NCBI GenBank assembly: GCA_040752275.1
Contig: JBFMFH010000056.1
Span: forward strand, 13,015-77,014
DNA length: 64,000 nt
Direction of reading: 5' to 3'
Source: Acidobacteriota bacterium
GTDB taxonomy: Bacteria > Acidobacteriota > Vicinamibacteria > Vicinamibacterales > JAKQTR01
A program made the position numbers and the translations under genes. Positions 54,131-62,710 of the stretch are shown here, one piece after another. The notes beneath the pieces are model-generated. The model was not told the origin of the DNA. It searched no databases and saw only the letters and a program-made list of their open reading frames with translations. Each line of letters starts with the position of its first letter. The first letter of the stretch is position 1.

Positions 54131-54970
54131 GTGCCCATCCACGACCAGAGCTACCGCCGGTACCGGGGAGCGCGGGCGCCGCAGGGGCGCTCCTGGACGG
54201 TCATCGCGCTTGCCGGGATCAAGCTCATGCTGGCCAAGAAGAAGTTCCTGGCGCTGCTCGTGCTGGCCTGGGTGCCCTTCGTGGTCAGGGCCGTGCAGTT
54301 CTACGTCGCCGCGAACTTCCCCCAGGCGTCGATGATCGCCCCTGGGCCGTCGACCTTCGACGACTTCCTGGAACAGCAGGGCGTGTTCGTGTTCTTCGTC
54401 ACAATCTTCACCGGGGCGGGCCTCATCGCCAACGACATGCGCGCCAATGCCCTCCAGATCTACCTGTCGAAGCCGCTCGGGCGGGCCGAGTACATCGCGG
54501 GGAAGTTCGCCGTCCTGGCCTTCTTCCTGCTGCTCGTGACCTGGCTGCCGGCGACGATGCTGGTGTTCGTGCAGGTGATCTTCGCGGGCAACGTCTCGTT
54601 CCTGACAGCGCATTCCTACCTGCTGCCGGCCATCCTCGTCGTCACGAGCATCCAGACTATCGTGCTCGGGTTCATCATGCTGGCGCTGTCGTCGCTCTCG
54701 AAGAGCTCGCGGTTCGTCGGCATCATGTACGCGGGGATCTTCTTCTTCATGGACGCCCTCTACGGTGTCGTGTTCGTGGTGACGAGGGACACGAGCTTCT
54801 CGTGGATGTCGCCCAGGGCCAACCTGACGCAGCTCGCCGATTTGATCTTCCGGCTGGAGCCGATCTACAAGACCTCAGGCTTCGTGACGGTCGTGGCCCT
54901 GGGGGCGGCCCTCGGGCTGGCGATGCTGGTGCTCGAGAGGCGCGTGCGCGGCGTGGAGGTCGTCACGTGA
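54131..54970 (+). CDS. ABC-2-type permease, cassette 1
   Basis: MPIHDQSYRRYRG N-terminus followed by 6 hydrophobic helices. It starts 3 nt after the ATPase stop. Confidence 0.75.
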   Translation: MPIHDQSYRRYRGARAPQGRSWTVIALAGIKLMLAKKKFLALLVLAWVPFVVRAVQFYVAANFPQASMIAPGPSTFDDFLEQQGVFVFFVTIFTGAGLIANDMRANALQIYLSKPLGRAEYIAGKFAVLAFFLLLVTWLPATMLVFVQVIFAGNVSFLTAHSYLLPAILVVTSIQTIVLGFIMLALSSLSKSSRFVGIMYAGIFFFMDALYGVVFVVTRDTSFSWMSPRANLTQLADLIFRLEPIYKTSGFVTVVALGAALGLAMLVLERRVRGVEVVT

Positions 54971-55911
54971 CCGGCGCCTCGCCCGCGCCCCCGGCACCCA
55001 TCGTCGTGACCGACCACGTGTCGAAGTGGTACGGCCAGGTCATCGGCCTCAACGACGTGAGCGTCACGATTCCCCGCGGCATCACCGGCCTGCTGGGACC
55101 GAACGGTGCGGGTAAGTCGACTCTGATGAAGCTGCTGACCGGCCAGCTCAAGCCGAGCAAGGGGACGATCTCGGTGCTGGGTGAAGCGGTGTGGGGCAAC
55201 CCGCACCTGTACTTCAGGATGGGGTTCTGTCCCGAGCAGGACGCGTTCTACGACCGCATGACCGGCCTCGAGTGGGTGACGGGCCTGGTGCGCCTCAACG
55301 GGCTCGGGGAGGCTCGGGCCATCGAGGCGGCGAGAGCAGCCCTGGCGCAGGTGGACTTGAGTGAGGCGGCCGACAAGAAGATCGGCGGCTACAGCAAAGG
55401 CATGCGCCAGCGCGTGAAGCTCGCGCAGGCTCTCGTGCACGACCCGGAGCTCCTGATCCTCGATGAGCCCTTGTCCGGGATGGATCCGATCGGCCGCCGC
55501 CGCACGATCCGCCTCATCAAGGACTGGGCCCGGGCCGGGAAGAGCCTCATCGTCTCGAGTCACATCCTGTATGAGATCGAGGCCATGACCTCGAACATCC
55601 TGCTCATCAACAATGGACGGATCCTGGCCGAGGGCGACGTCCACCAGATCCGGGAACTCATCGACGAGCACCCGCATACCGTGTACGTGCGCGCCGACGA
55701 GCCGCGGACGCTCGCCCGCGAGTTCCTCACACGTGACGACGTGCTGAGCCTTCGGCTCGAGCAGGATGCCATCGTCATCGAGACGTCGAAGCCCGACAGC
55801 TTCTACCGGTATCTGACGGACCTCGCGGCGTCGGGGCAGGCCGGCACGATCAGCGAAGTCACCTCGCCGGACGACAACCTGCAGGCCGTCTTCAAGTTCC
55901 TCGTCAAATGA
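54967..55911 (+). CDS. ABC transporter ATP-binding protein (ABC-2 type), cassette 2
   Basis: A GTG start forming a GTGA overlap. Walker A GPNGAGKST, signature YSKGMRQR, Walker B LLILDEPLSGMD. Confidence 0.88.
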   Translation: MTGASPAPPAPIVVTDHVSKWYGQVIGLNDVSVTIPRGITGLLGPNGAGKSTLMKLLTGQLKPSKGTISVLGEAVWGNPHLYFRMGFCPEQDAFYDRMTGLEWVTGLVRLNGLGEARAIEAARAALAQVDLSEAADKKIGGYSKGMRQRVKLAQALVHDPELLILDEPLSGMDPIGRRRTIRLIKDWARAGKSLIVSSHILYEIEAMTSNILLINNGRILAEGDVHQIRELIDEHPHTVYVRADEPRTLAREFLTRDDVLSLRLEQDAIVIETSKPDSFYRYLTDLAASGQAGTISEVTSPDDNLQAVFKFLVK

Positions 55912-56804
55912 CCGTGACCTCATCGAATCCGATTGTGCCGCCCGCCGGCCAGAGCGTGCCGACTTCCGGCGGCGTGCCCAGGGAAGCGCCTCCCTTCCTC
56001 ACCGCGGCGCTCCGCATCTTCGACCTGTCACTCGGCCAGATGTTGTGGTCGCGCCGGACCATCTTCCTGGCGCTGGTGGTGGGATCGCCGCTGGCCCTCG
56101 GGGTCCTGTTCCGAGTCCTCGAGGCGATGGGGGTTGGCGACATGCGCGTCGGGCGGAGCCCCGTGGCCGGTCCCACCGTGTTCGGTGGCATGATCTGGCT
56201 CCTGTACCTGCGGTTTATCGTACCCGTGCTCGGCGTGTTCTACGGCACGGCCCTCGTGGCCGACGAAGTCGAGGACAAGACCATCACCTACCTGTTCGTC
56301 CGGCCCGTCCCTCGCGCGGCGGTGCTGGCCGGCAAGTATCTGGCCTACCTGGTGACCACCATCTGCGTGGTGCTGCCGTCGGTCGTGCTGTTGTACCTGC
56401 TGGTCGTCCCGCTCGGGAGCGGTTCGCTGGCCGCGGCCTTTCCGGACCTGCTGAAGGACTTGGCGCTCCTGGGGATTGGGCTGGCGGCGTACGGCGCCAT
56501 CTTCGCGTTCATCGGTGCCCAGTTCAAGCACCCGCTGGTGACCGGGCTGGTCTTCGCCTTCGGATGGGAGCAGCTGGCGCTGATTCTGCCCGGATACCTC
56601 AGGCGGGCGACAGTGGCCTATTACCTGCAGGCCCTGGTGCCGCACACCATGCCCGCGCAGGGGCTCGGCACCGCGCTGCAGGCGATCTTCCGGGACACGC
56701 CGTCTACGCTGGTCAGCCTGGCGTGGCTAGCGATCTACATCGCCGGGTTCGTGTATGTGGCCGGTCGGGTGATCGAGCGGCGGGAATACGTGCTGGAACA
56801 GTAG
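55908..56804 (+). CDS. ABC-2-type permease, cassette 2
   Basis: ATGA overlap with the ATPase gene, six hydrophobic helices, and the EVEDKTITYLFVRP motif. Confidence 0.75.
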   Translation: MTVTSSNPIVPPAGQSVPTSGGVPREAPPFLTAALRIFDLSLGQMLWSRRTIFLALVVGSPLALGVLFRVLEAMGVGDMRVGRSPVAGPTVFGGMIWLLYLRFIVPVLGVFYGTALVADEVEDKTITYLFVRPVPRAAVLAGKYLAYLVTTICVVLPSVVLLYLLVVPLGSGSLAAAFPDLLKDLALLGIGLAAYGAIFAFIGAQFKHPLVTGLVFAFGWEQLALILPGYLRRATVAYYLQALVPHTMPAQGLGTALQAIFRDTPSTLVSLAWLAIYIAGFVYVAGRVIERREYVLEQ

Positions 56805-56971
56805 GACAGGGGAAGGGGACCCAACTTCGCCGGGCGCGCTGACGCGCGGCTTCGTCGAGGCGAGCCGGGGACCATTGGAGAATCAGCGTTCTAATTGTGA
56901 ACGTCGTACGCCTCGCCGACCAGGGAACTTCCGAGGGGCCCCACCGTATAGCGGATCAGAGGGACGTGACG

Positions 56972-57988
56972 ATGACCGCAAAGACACGCTATTTCCTTAT
57001 CGGTTCGGCGCTGGTGCTCGTGCTCGGCCTGGGCATCGGTGTGGTGGCCTACTACGGAGGCGTCTCGGGTGGCCTGTTCGCCCAGGGGCCCGGGCCCAAG
57101 GAGTTGAAGTACGTCCCTGAGGACGCGGCGGTGGTGGCCTATGCCGATGTCAGGCAGGTCATGACCTCCGAGTTGCGGCAGCACCTCCGGCAGCTCGATG
57201 GCGTCACTGACGAGGGGCGGAGCGAGTTCCGCGACCAGACCGGGATCGACATCGAGCACGACATCGACTACGTTGTGGCCTCGATGCGCGGCGCGGAGAT
57301 CTCGGACCACGCGGACGGCCTCGTGATCGCCCGCGGCCGCTTTGACCAGGGGCGCCTCGAGGCGCTTGCCGTGGAGCACGGCGGGAAGGTCACGGAGTAC
57401 CGCGGGAAGCGGATGGTGATGGCGCCTGTCGACCGCCACCGGGAACGCGCGGCGGCCGAGGCTCCCGAGTTTGCCCTGGCGTTTGTCGAGCCTGGCCTGA
57501 TGGCGATGGGCAGCCTGCCGGCCGTGCAGCAGGCCCTCGAGACCGGGGCGGCAGGCCGGAACGTGACGGACAACGCCGAGATGATGAAGTTCGTCGCCGA
57601 GATGCAGTCCGAGAGCATGTGGGCCGTGGGCCGCTTCGATGCAGTCAGGGCAGAGGCGAGGCTGCCGGCAGAGGTCGAGAACCGGATCCCGCCCATCACC
57701 TGGTTCGCCGCCAGCGGTCGCGTGAACGGCGGCGTGCAGGCCACGGTCAAGGTCGATGCCCGTGACGAGCAGGCGGCCGACAGCCTGCGGGACATCGTTC
57801 GGGGGTTCGTCGCCCTGGCCAAGATGCAGGCTGGGGACAAGACCGAGGCGGCGGCCCTGCTGCCTGCCATCGAGCTCGGCGGGACGGGCAAGACGGTCTC
57901 GGTGTCCTTCGCGGTCTCGACCGCACTGCTGGATGCCGTGTCGAAAGGCGGCGCCATGAAGCGGGAGGCAGCGCCCAAGAAGGAATAG
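56972..57988 (+). CDS. Membrane-anchored periplasmic protein of unknown function
   Basis: N-terminal anchor MTAKTRYFLIGSALVLVLGLGIGVVAYYGG and no catalytic motif recognised. It immediately follows the doubled ABC-2 cassette. Confidence 0.55.
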   Translation: MTAKTRYFLIGSALVLVLGLGIGVVAYYGGVSGGLFAQGPGPKELKYVPEDAAVVAYADVRQVMTSELRQHLRQLDGVTDEGRSEFRDQTGIDIEHDIDYVVASMRGAEISDHADGLVIARGRFDQGRLEALAVEHGGKVTEYRGKRMVMAPVDRHRERAAAEAPEFALAFVEPGLMAMGSLPAVQQALETGAAGRNVTDNAEMMKFVAEMQSESMWAVGRFDAVRAEARLPAEVENRIPPITWFAASGRVNGGVQATVKVDARDEQAADSLRDIVRGFVALAKMQAGDKTEAAALLPAIELGGTGKTVSVSFAVSTALLDAVSKGGAMKREAAPKKE

Positions 57989-58154
57989 CCCCCTGTGACG
58001 CGTGTGACCGCTTTTGCTTGACGGATCCCGGTCGGTTTCCCTACACTGGCGCTCATTCCTGACCTTCTTCCGCGCCACCTTCCGTCCCCGGTGTGGTCGG
58101 CAAGGGGAGGTGACGGACATTCCGGCGGCGGGGCCGCCCGGAGGCGGGCGTCGC

Positions 58155-58559
58155 GTGAACAACAGGGTCTTCTTCTACGGCACTCTGATGGCGGGCTTCG
58201 ACCGCCGCCGGCGCGCGGGCATCGACACGCGCATGCGGTTCATGGGGCGGGGCTGGATCCAGGGTGCGCTGTTCGATCTGGGGCTGTACCCGGCGGCCAT
58301 CCCGGCACCTGAGGGACAGGTCTGGGGAGAAGTGTACGAGATCGACGACGAGTCGGTACTCGAGGCGCTCGACGACATCGAGGGCTACCGCGCGAGCGAG
58401 CCGGACACCAGCCTCTACAACCGGGTCCAGACCGACGCGACCTTGGCCAACGGGGATCGACACCCGGTGTGGGTGTACTTCTACAACGCCCCGCTGGGAC
58501 GTGCCGAGCGGATCGACTCGGGCGACTACCTGGCGTACCTGAACGTCAGTCGCGGATAG
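58155..58559 (+). CDS. Gamma-glutamylcyclotransferase (GGCT/AIG2-like) family protein
   Basis: VFFYGTLM...GALFDLGLYPAA......VWGEVYEI....L..LD.IEGY. The GTG start at 58155 is uncertain. Confidence 0.75.
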   Translation: MNNRVFFYGTLMAGFDRRRRAGIDTRMRFMGRGWIQGALFDLGLYPAAIPAPEGQVWGEVYEIDDESVLEALDDIEGYRASEPDTSLYNRVQTDATLANGDRHPVWVYFYNAPLGRAERIDSGDYLAYLNVSRG

Positions 58560-58573
58560 CGACGAGACGACAC

Positions 58574-58909
58574 CTACCCCGCCTCCTGCCGCCCCAGGAC
58601 GAACGCGACGATTGACGCCTTGACGCGCTCCGGCAGGTCCACGAACTCGAGCCCCGCCCGGTAGATGACGGAGTCCCGCCCGAGGTCGGCGATCTGGCAG
58701 TGGACGACACGGGCCTTGACGACGACCACGTCGTCGTCGAGATGCAGGCGTAGGTCGTGCAGCGAATTCACCAGCAGCGGGAATGCCGATTCCAGTCTGA
58801 CGCCCGCCGGGCCGATCTCGCGGATGGCGACGGGCGCCATCACGCTCAGTTCGCCCGCGAGCTTCTCGAGCAGATCCACCCGGGTCGCCGTCCGCCGGTC
58901 CTGGCTCAT
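58574..58909 (-). CDS. Stand-alone PilZ-domain protein
   Basis: RRTATR (RxxxR) near the N-terminus, EIGPAGV in the position of D/NxSxxG, a beta-barrel-like remainder, and a length of 111 aa. Confidence 0.7.
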   Translation of the reverse strand: MSQDRRTATRVDLLEKLAGELSVMAPVAIREIGPAGVRLESAFPLLVNSLHDLRLHLDDDVVVVKARVVHCQIADLGRDSVIYRAGLEFVDLPERVKASIVAFVLGRQEAG

Positions 58910-58967
58910 CCCGCGCGGACTATAGCATATGATGGAGGTTCACCCTGACAACCCGGGCAGGACGTGT

Positions 58968-60470
58968 ATGACCACGAACACATCGAGCGTTCAGACCGCT
59001 CACAACTTCATCGATGGCGAGTGGGTGGCCGCCGCCTCGGGCGAGACCTTCGAGAACCGCAATCCGGCCGACTGCACTGATCTAGTCGGACGCTTTGCGA
59101 GGTCCTCGCGTGCCGACGCCGCGCGCGCCATCGACGCCGCGCGCCGGGCGTTCGACGCCTGGCGGCTCGTGCCGGCGCCGAAGCGCGCGGAGATTCTGTA
59201 CCGCGCCGCCCAGCTGCTGGCCGAGCGCAAGGAGCGCTACGCCCGCGACATGACCCGCGAGATGGGCAAGGTCCTCGACGAGACGCGGGGCGACGTCCAG
59301 GAGGCCATCGACATGGCCTTCTTCATGGCGGGTGAGGGTCGCCGGCAGCATGGGCAGACCGCGCCGTCCGAACTGCGCGACAAGTTCGCCATGTCGATCC
59401 GTCAGCCCATCGGAGTCTGCGGCATCATCACGCCGTGGAACTTCCCGATGGCCATCCCGTCGTGGAAGATCCTGCCGGCGCTCATCTGCGGCAACACGGT
59501 CGTGCTGAAGCCGGCCACGCTGACGCCGCTCTCGGCCGTGAACTTCGTCAGCGTCCTCGAGGAGGCCGGCGTCCCGCCCGGGGTCGTCAACCTCGTGACT
59601 GGTGGCGGGGGAGAGGTCGGCAACGCGATCCTCGAGTCGTCGGACGTCGATGTCGTGTCCTTTACGGGCTCGACCGACGTCGGCCGCACGGTGAGCGTCA
59701 AGGCCGCGCCCAGCTTCAAGAAGGTCCACCTCGAGATGGGCGGCAAGAACATCATCATCGTCATGGACGATGCGGATCTCGAATTGGCGGTCGACGGCTG
59801 CGTGTGGGGAGGCTTTGGGACGACCGGGCAACGCTGCACGGCCGCGAGCCGCATCGCGGTGCAGCGCAGGGTCTATCGGGCGTTCGTCGACCGGTACGTG
59901 GAGCGCGTCAAGGCGCTCAAGGTCGGGAACGGTCTCGACCCGGCCACGCAGATGGGGCCGTCGGTCAGCCAGGCCCAGCTCGAGACCGTGATGAGCTACG
60001 TCGAGATCGGGAAGGGCGAGGGCGCGACGCTCGCGTGCGGTGGACACCGCATCGACACAGGAGCTCATGCGGACGGCTACTTCCACGAGCCGACGGTGTT
60101 TGTCGACGTGCATCACCGGATGCGCATTGCCCAGGAAGAGATCTTCGGCCCCGTGGTGTCGGTGATACCGTTCGAGTCGTTCGACGAGGCGATTGCGGTC
60201 GGGAACAGCGTCGAGTACGGCCTGTCGTCGTCGATCTACACACGGAACATCAACCTGGCGTTCCTCGCCATGCGGGATTTGCACACGGGCCTGTTCTATG
60301 TGAACGCCCCCACCATCGGCGCCGAGATCCACCTGCCATTCGGCGGCACCAAGAACACGGGCAACGGCCACCGCGAGGCCGGCGAAGCCGCGTTGGACGT
60401 GTTCTCGGAGTGGAAGTCGATCTACGTCGACTTCAGCGGGAAACTCCAGCGGGCGCAGATCGACCAATAG
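58968..60470 (+). CDS. NAD(P)-dependent aldehyde dehydrogenase
   Basis: FIDGEWV, ITPWNFP, VSFTGST.VG, LEMGGKN, catalytic GQRCTA, EEIFGPV. Confidence 0.9.
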   Translation: MTTNTSSVQTAHNFIDGEWVAAASGETFENRNPADCTDLVGRFARSSRADAARAIDAARRAFDAWRLVPAPKRAEILYRAAQLLAERKERYARDMTREMGKVLDETRGDVQEAIDMAFFMAGEGRRQHGQTAPSELRDKFAMSIRQPIGVCGIITPWNFPMAIPSWKILPALICGNTVVLKPATLTPLSAVNFVSVLEEAGVPPGVVNLVTGGGGEVGNAILESSDVDVVSFTGSTDVGRTVSVKAAPSFKKVHLEMGGKNIIIVMDDADLELAVDGCVWGGFGTTGQRCTAASRIAVQRRVYRAFVDRYVERVKALKVGNGLDPATQMGPSVSQAQLETVMSYVEIGKGEGATLACGGHRIDTGAHADGYFHEPTVFVDVHHRMRIAQEEIFGPVVSVIPFESFDEAIAVGNSVEYGLSSSIYTRNINLAFLAMRDLHTGLFYVNAPTIGAEIHLPFGGTKNTGNGHREAGEAALDVFSEWKSIYVDFSGKLQRAQIDQ

Positions 60471-60845
60471 ACACCTTACGGAGGGCGACAGGGCCGGGAT
60501 CGGGCGTCAGGCGATCCCCCCTGATCGACCCGGAGTGTCCCGGAGCAAACCATGTGAGCACGGCGACAGCGGCCTTGGCGCGCCGAAGCCGGAATGGCGG
60601 AGGCGGAAGTCTGCAAGACGCGCCGAAGAACAAGGGGCCCAGCCGGCGTTTCGTCCGCGGAGCGGCGGCCGGCGTCCAGCGGCCCGTAGCGGGCCGAAGG
60701 CGTGTCTTGCCGCCGTGTCGAACGGTTTGCGGAGGGGCACTCCGGGTCGACTGTCTGGTGTCGCGTCCCGGCGCCTTGTCGGTCCCCGCTGTCTTCCGGT
60801 ATCGTGTGGCCGATACGCCACGTTCGTCCAACAACGGAGAGCTCC

Positions 60846-62510
60846 ATGCTGAATGCTGCGCTGGTCGGGGTGTTGGGTGCCATCTGGTTCGTCCTCGCGT
60901 ATCGCTGGTATGGCGGGTTCATTGCCAGGCGCCTCATCCAGCCCGACGATGGCCGTGCGACGCCGGCGCACGCCCAGCGGGACAACGTCGACTTCGTCCC
61001 GGCGAATCGCGCGATCCTTTTCGGGCACCACTTCTCCTCGATCGCAGGCGCCGGGCCGATCGTGGGGCCGATGCTGGCCTACTCGCTGTTCGGCTGGCTG
61101 CCGGCGCTCGTCTGGATCTTCGCCGGATCCGTGTTCATCGGCGCGGTGCACGACTACACGGCCATGATGGCATCGGTACGTAGCCGCGGCGTGTCGGTCG
61201 CGGACATTGCCAAGGTGCACGTGTCGGCGACGGCCCGCTGGATCTTCAGTGTGTTCCTCTGGCTGGCTCTGGTGCTGGTGATCGCGGTCTTTGCCGTCCT
61301 GACCGCGCAAACGCTCGCCGAGAAGCCGGAGATCGTCGTTCCGACGCTGGGCCTGATGCTGCTGGCGATGCTCTTCGGCACGCTCGTCTACCGCGGTGGC
61401 GTCAACCTGTGGGTGGGCACGGCGGTGGCGCTGGTCGTGATGGTCGCGCTCATCGTCGCCGGCGACCACTACCCGATTCCGGCCAGCTATGAGTTCTGGC
61501 TGGTGTTCGCCCTCGTGTACTCGTTCGTCGCCGCGACGCTGCCCGTCTGGTTTCTGCTGCAGCCGCGCGACTACCTCTCGATGTACATCCTCGTCGCAGG
61601 GCTCGCCCTCGGATTCGTGTCGTTGCTCATCATGCGGCCGGCGATCACCGGACCCGCCTTCATCGGCGTGTCGAGCAGCTCCGGGCCGCTCTGGCCCATC
61701 CTGTTCATCACGGTGGCGTGTGGGGCGGTGTCGGGCTTCCACTCGGTGGTGTCGAGCGGCACCTCCGCCAAACAGCTGGCTCGAGAGAGCGATGCGCGGC
61801 TCGTCGCGTTTGGCGGCATGCTCACCGAGGGCGCCCTCGCCATGCTCGTCGTGCTCTTGATGTCGGCGGTGCTGTTCTGGGACCGGGCACCGTCCGAAGG
61901 GCTGTCGGATTTCGTGTTCCGGTCGGTGCTGGCCGAGAAGGGCGCGAACATCACGTTCGGCCGGGCGATGGGCCGGGCGATCGAAAGCATCGGCATCCCG
62001 CTGAACTACGGTATCGCCTTCGGCGTGCTGATGCTCAATGCCTTCATCCTGACCACCCTGGATACCTGCACGCGGCTCACCCGGTTCATCGTGGTCGAGA
62101 GCGCGGGGCAGAAAGTGGGCATCCTGCGCAACCGGTTCGTTGCCACCGCTGTCGGCCTCGTGGCGGCCTACTTCTTGACGTTGGGCAACGGCTGGCGTGT
62201 GCTGTGGCCGGCCTTCGGGGCGGCGAACCAGTTGATTGCCGCGCTGTCGCTGCTCGTCGTGTCGGCCTACCTGTTCGGCTACGGCAAGAGGACCGTCTAC
62301 ACCATCGTGCCCGGCATCTTCATGCTGGCGACCACCGAAGGCGCCCTCTTCTACCAGCTCTTCTGGCAGTATCTGCCGGCGAAGAACGTCCCCCTGGCTA
62401 TCGTCGCCACCGTGCTCATGGCGCTGGGTCTGGTTGTCGCGGCGGAAGTCTACCGGCGGCTGCAGCGGACCGATGTCGGGGTGCCGGCGATTGGGGAGCC
62501 GGTACGGTAG
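60846..62510 (+). CDS. cstA: Carbon starvation protein A (peptide/pyruvate transporter family)
   Basis: YRWYGGFIARRL, LFGHHFSSIAGAGPIVGP, CGAVSGFHSVVSSGTSAKQ. Confidence 0.9.
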   Translation: MLNAALVGVLGAIWFVLAYRWYGGFIARRLIQPDDGRATPAHAQRDNVDFVPANRAILFGHHFSSIAGAGPIVGPMLAYSLFGWLPALVWIFAGSVFIGAVHDYTAMMASVRSRGVSVADIAKVHVSATARWIFSVFLWLALVLVIAVFAVLTAQTLAEKPEIVVPTLGLMLLAMLFGTLVYRGGVNLWVGTAVALVVMVALIVAGDHYPIPASYEFWLVFALVYSFVAATLPVWFLLQPRDYLSMYILVAGLALGFVSLLIMRPAITGPAFIGVSSSSGPLWPILFITVACGAVSGFHSVVSSGTSAKQLARESDARLVAFGGMLTEGALAMLVVLLMSAVLFWDRAPSEGLSDFVFRSVLAEKGANITFGRAMGRAIESIGIPLNYGIAFGVLMLNAFILTTLDTCTRLTRFIVVESAGQKVGILRNRFVATAVGLVAAYFLTLGNGWRVLWPAFGAANQLIAALSLLVVSAYLFGYGKRTVYTIVPGIFMLATTEGALFYQLFWQYLPAKNVPLAIVATVLMALGLVVAAEVYRRLQRTDVGVPAIGEPVR

Positions 62511-62514
62511 GGGG

Positions 62515-62599
62515 GAGACAGGGGCAAGAAGACAGAAGACAGGAGACAGAAGACAGAAGACAGAACGCAGAAGATGTTGAGTCGCGCTCAACGCGCGAC
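62515..62599 (+). repeat. Heptamer array ((A/G)AGACAG x8) followed by a GTCGCGC-N5-GCGCGAC hairpin, just after the cstA stop
   Basis: gagacag gggcaag aagacag aagacag gagacag aagacag aagacag aacgcag. The hairpin is 62581-62587 / 62593-62599. Confidence 0.88.
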
Positions 62600-62621
62600 C
62601 GTTGGTTGCCCGGGTGATCGC

Positions 62622-62663
62622 CCCCAAAAGAAAAGGCCCGGCACGCCGCGTGGCGTGCCGGGC
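62622..62663 (-). terminator. Rho-independent terminator of the TonB-dependent receptor gene
   Basis: A perfect 12-bp GC-rich stem (62636-62647 / 62652-62663) with a 4-nt loop, followed on the minus strand by TTTTCTTTTGGGGG. Confidence 0.75.
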
Positions 62664-62710
62664 TGCCCAAACCGCGGAACCGGGAATACCCCGGCCCATG
62701 CGGTGCACTC

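Noticed and set aside
60776-60805. Possible sigma-70 promoter upstream of cstA (TTGTCG - 18 nt - TATCGT)
   Set aside because: Both hexamers match weakly and the spacing is non-optimal. This cannot be distinguished from chance in a 376-bp GC-rich spacer without transcription-start data.
2336-62573. Heptamer arrays as possible CRISPR arrays
   Set aside because: The units are 7 nt and directly abutting, with no spacers. Arrays are under 90 bp, and no cas genes are present.
60507-62708. 733-aa ORF antisense to cstA
   Set aside because: It has no recognisable domains and an extreme Arg/His/Asp/Gly composition, while the opposite strand encodes a textbook CstA.
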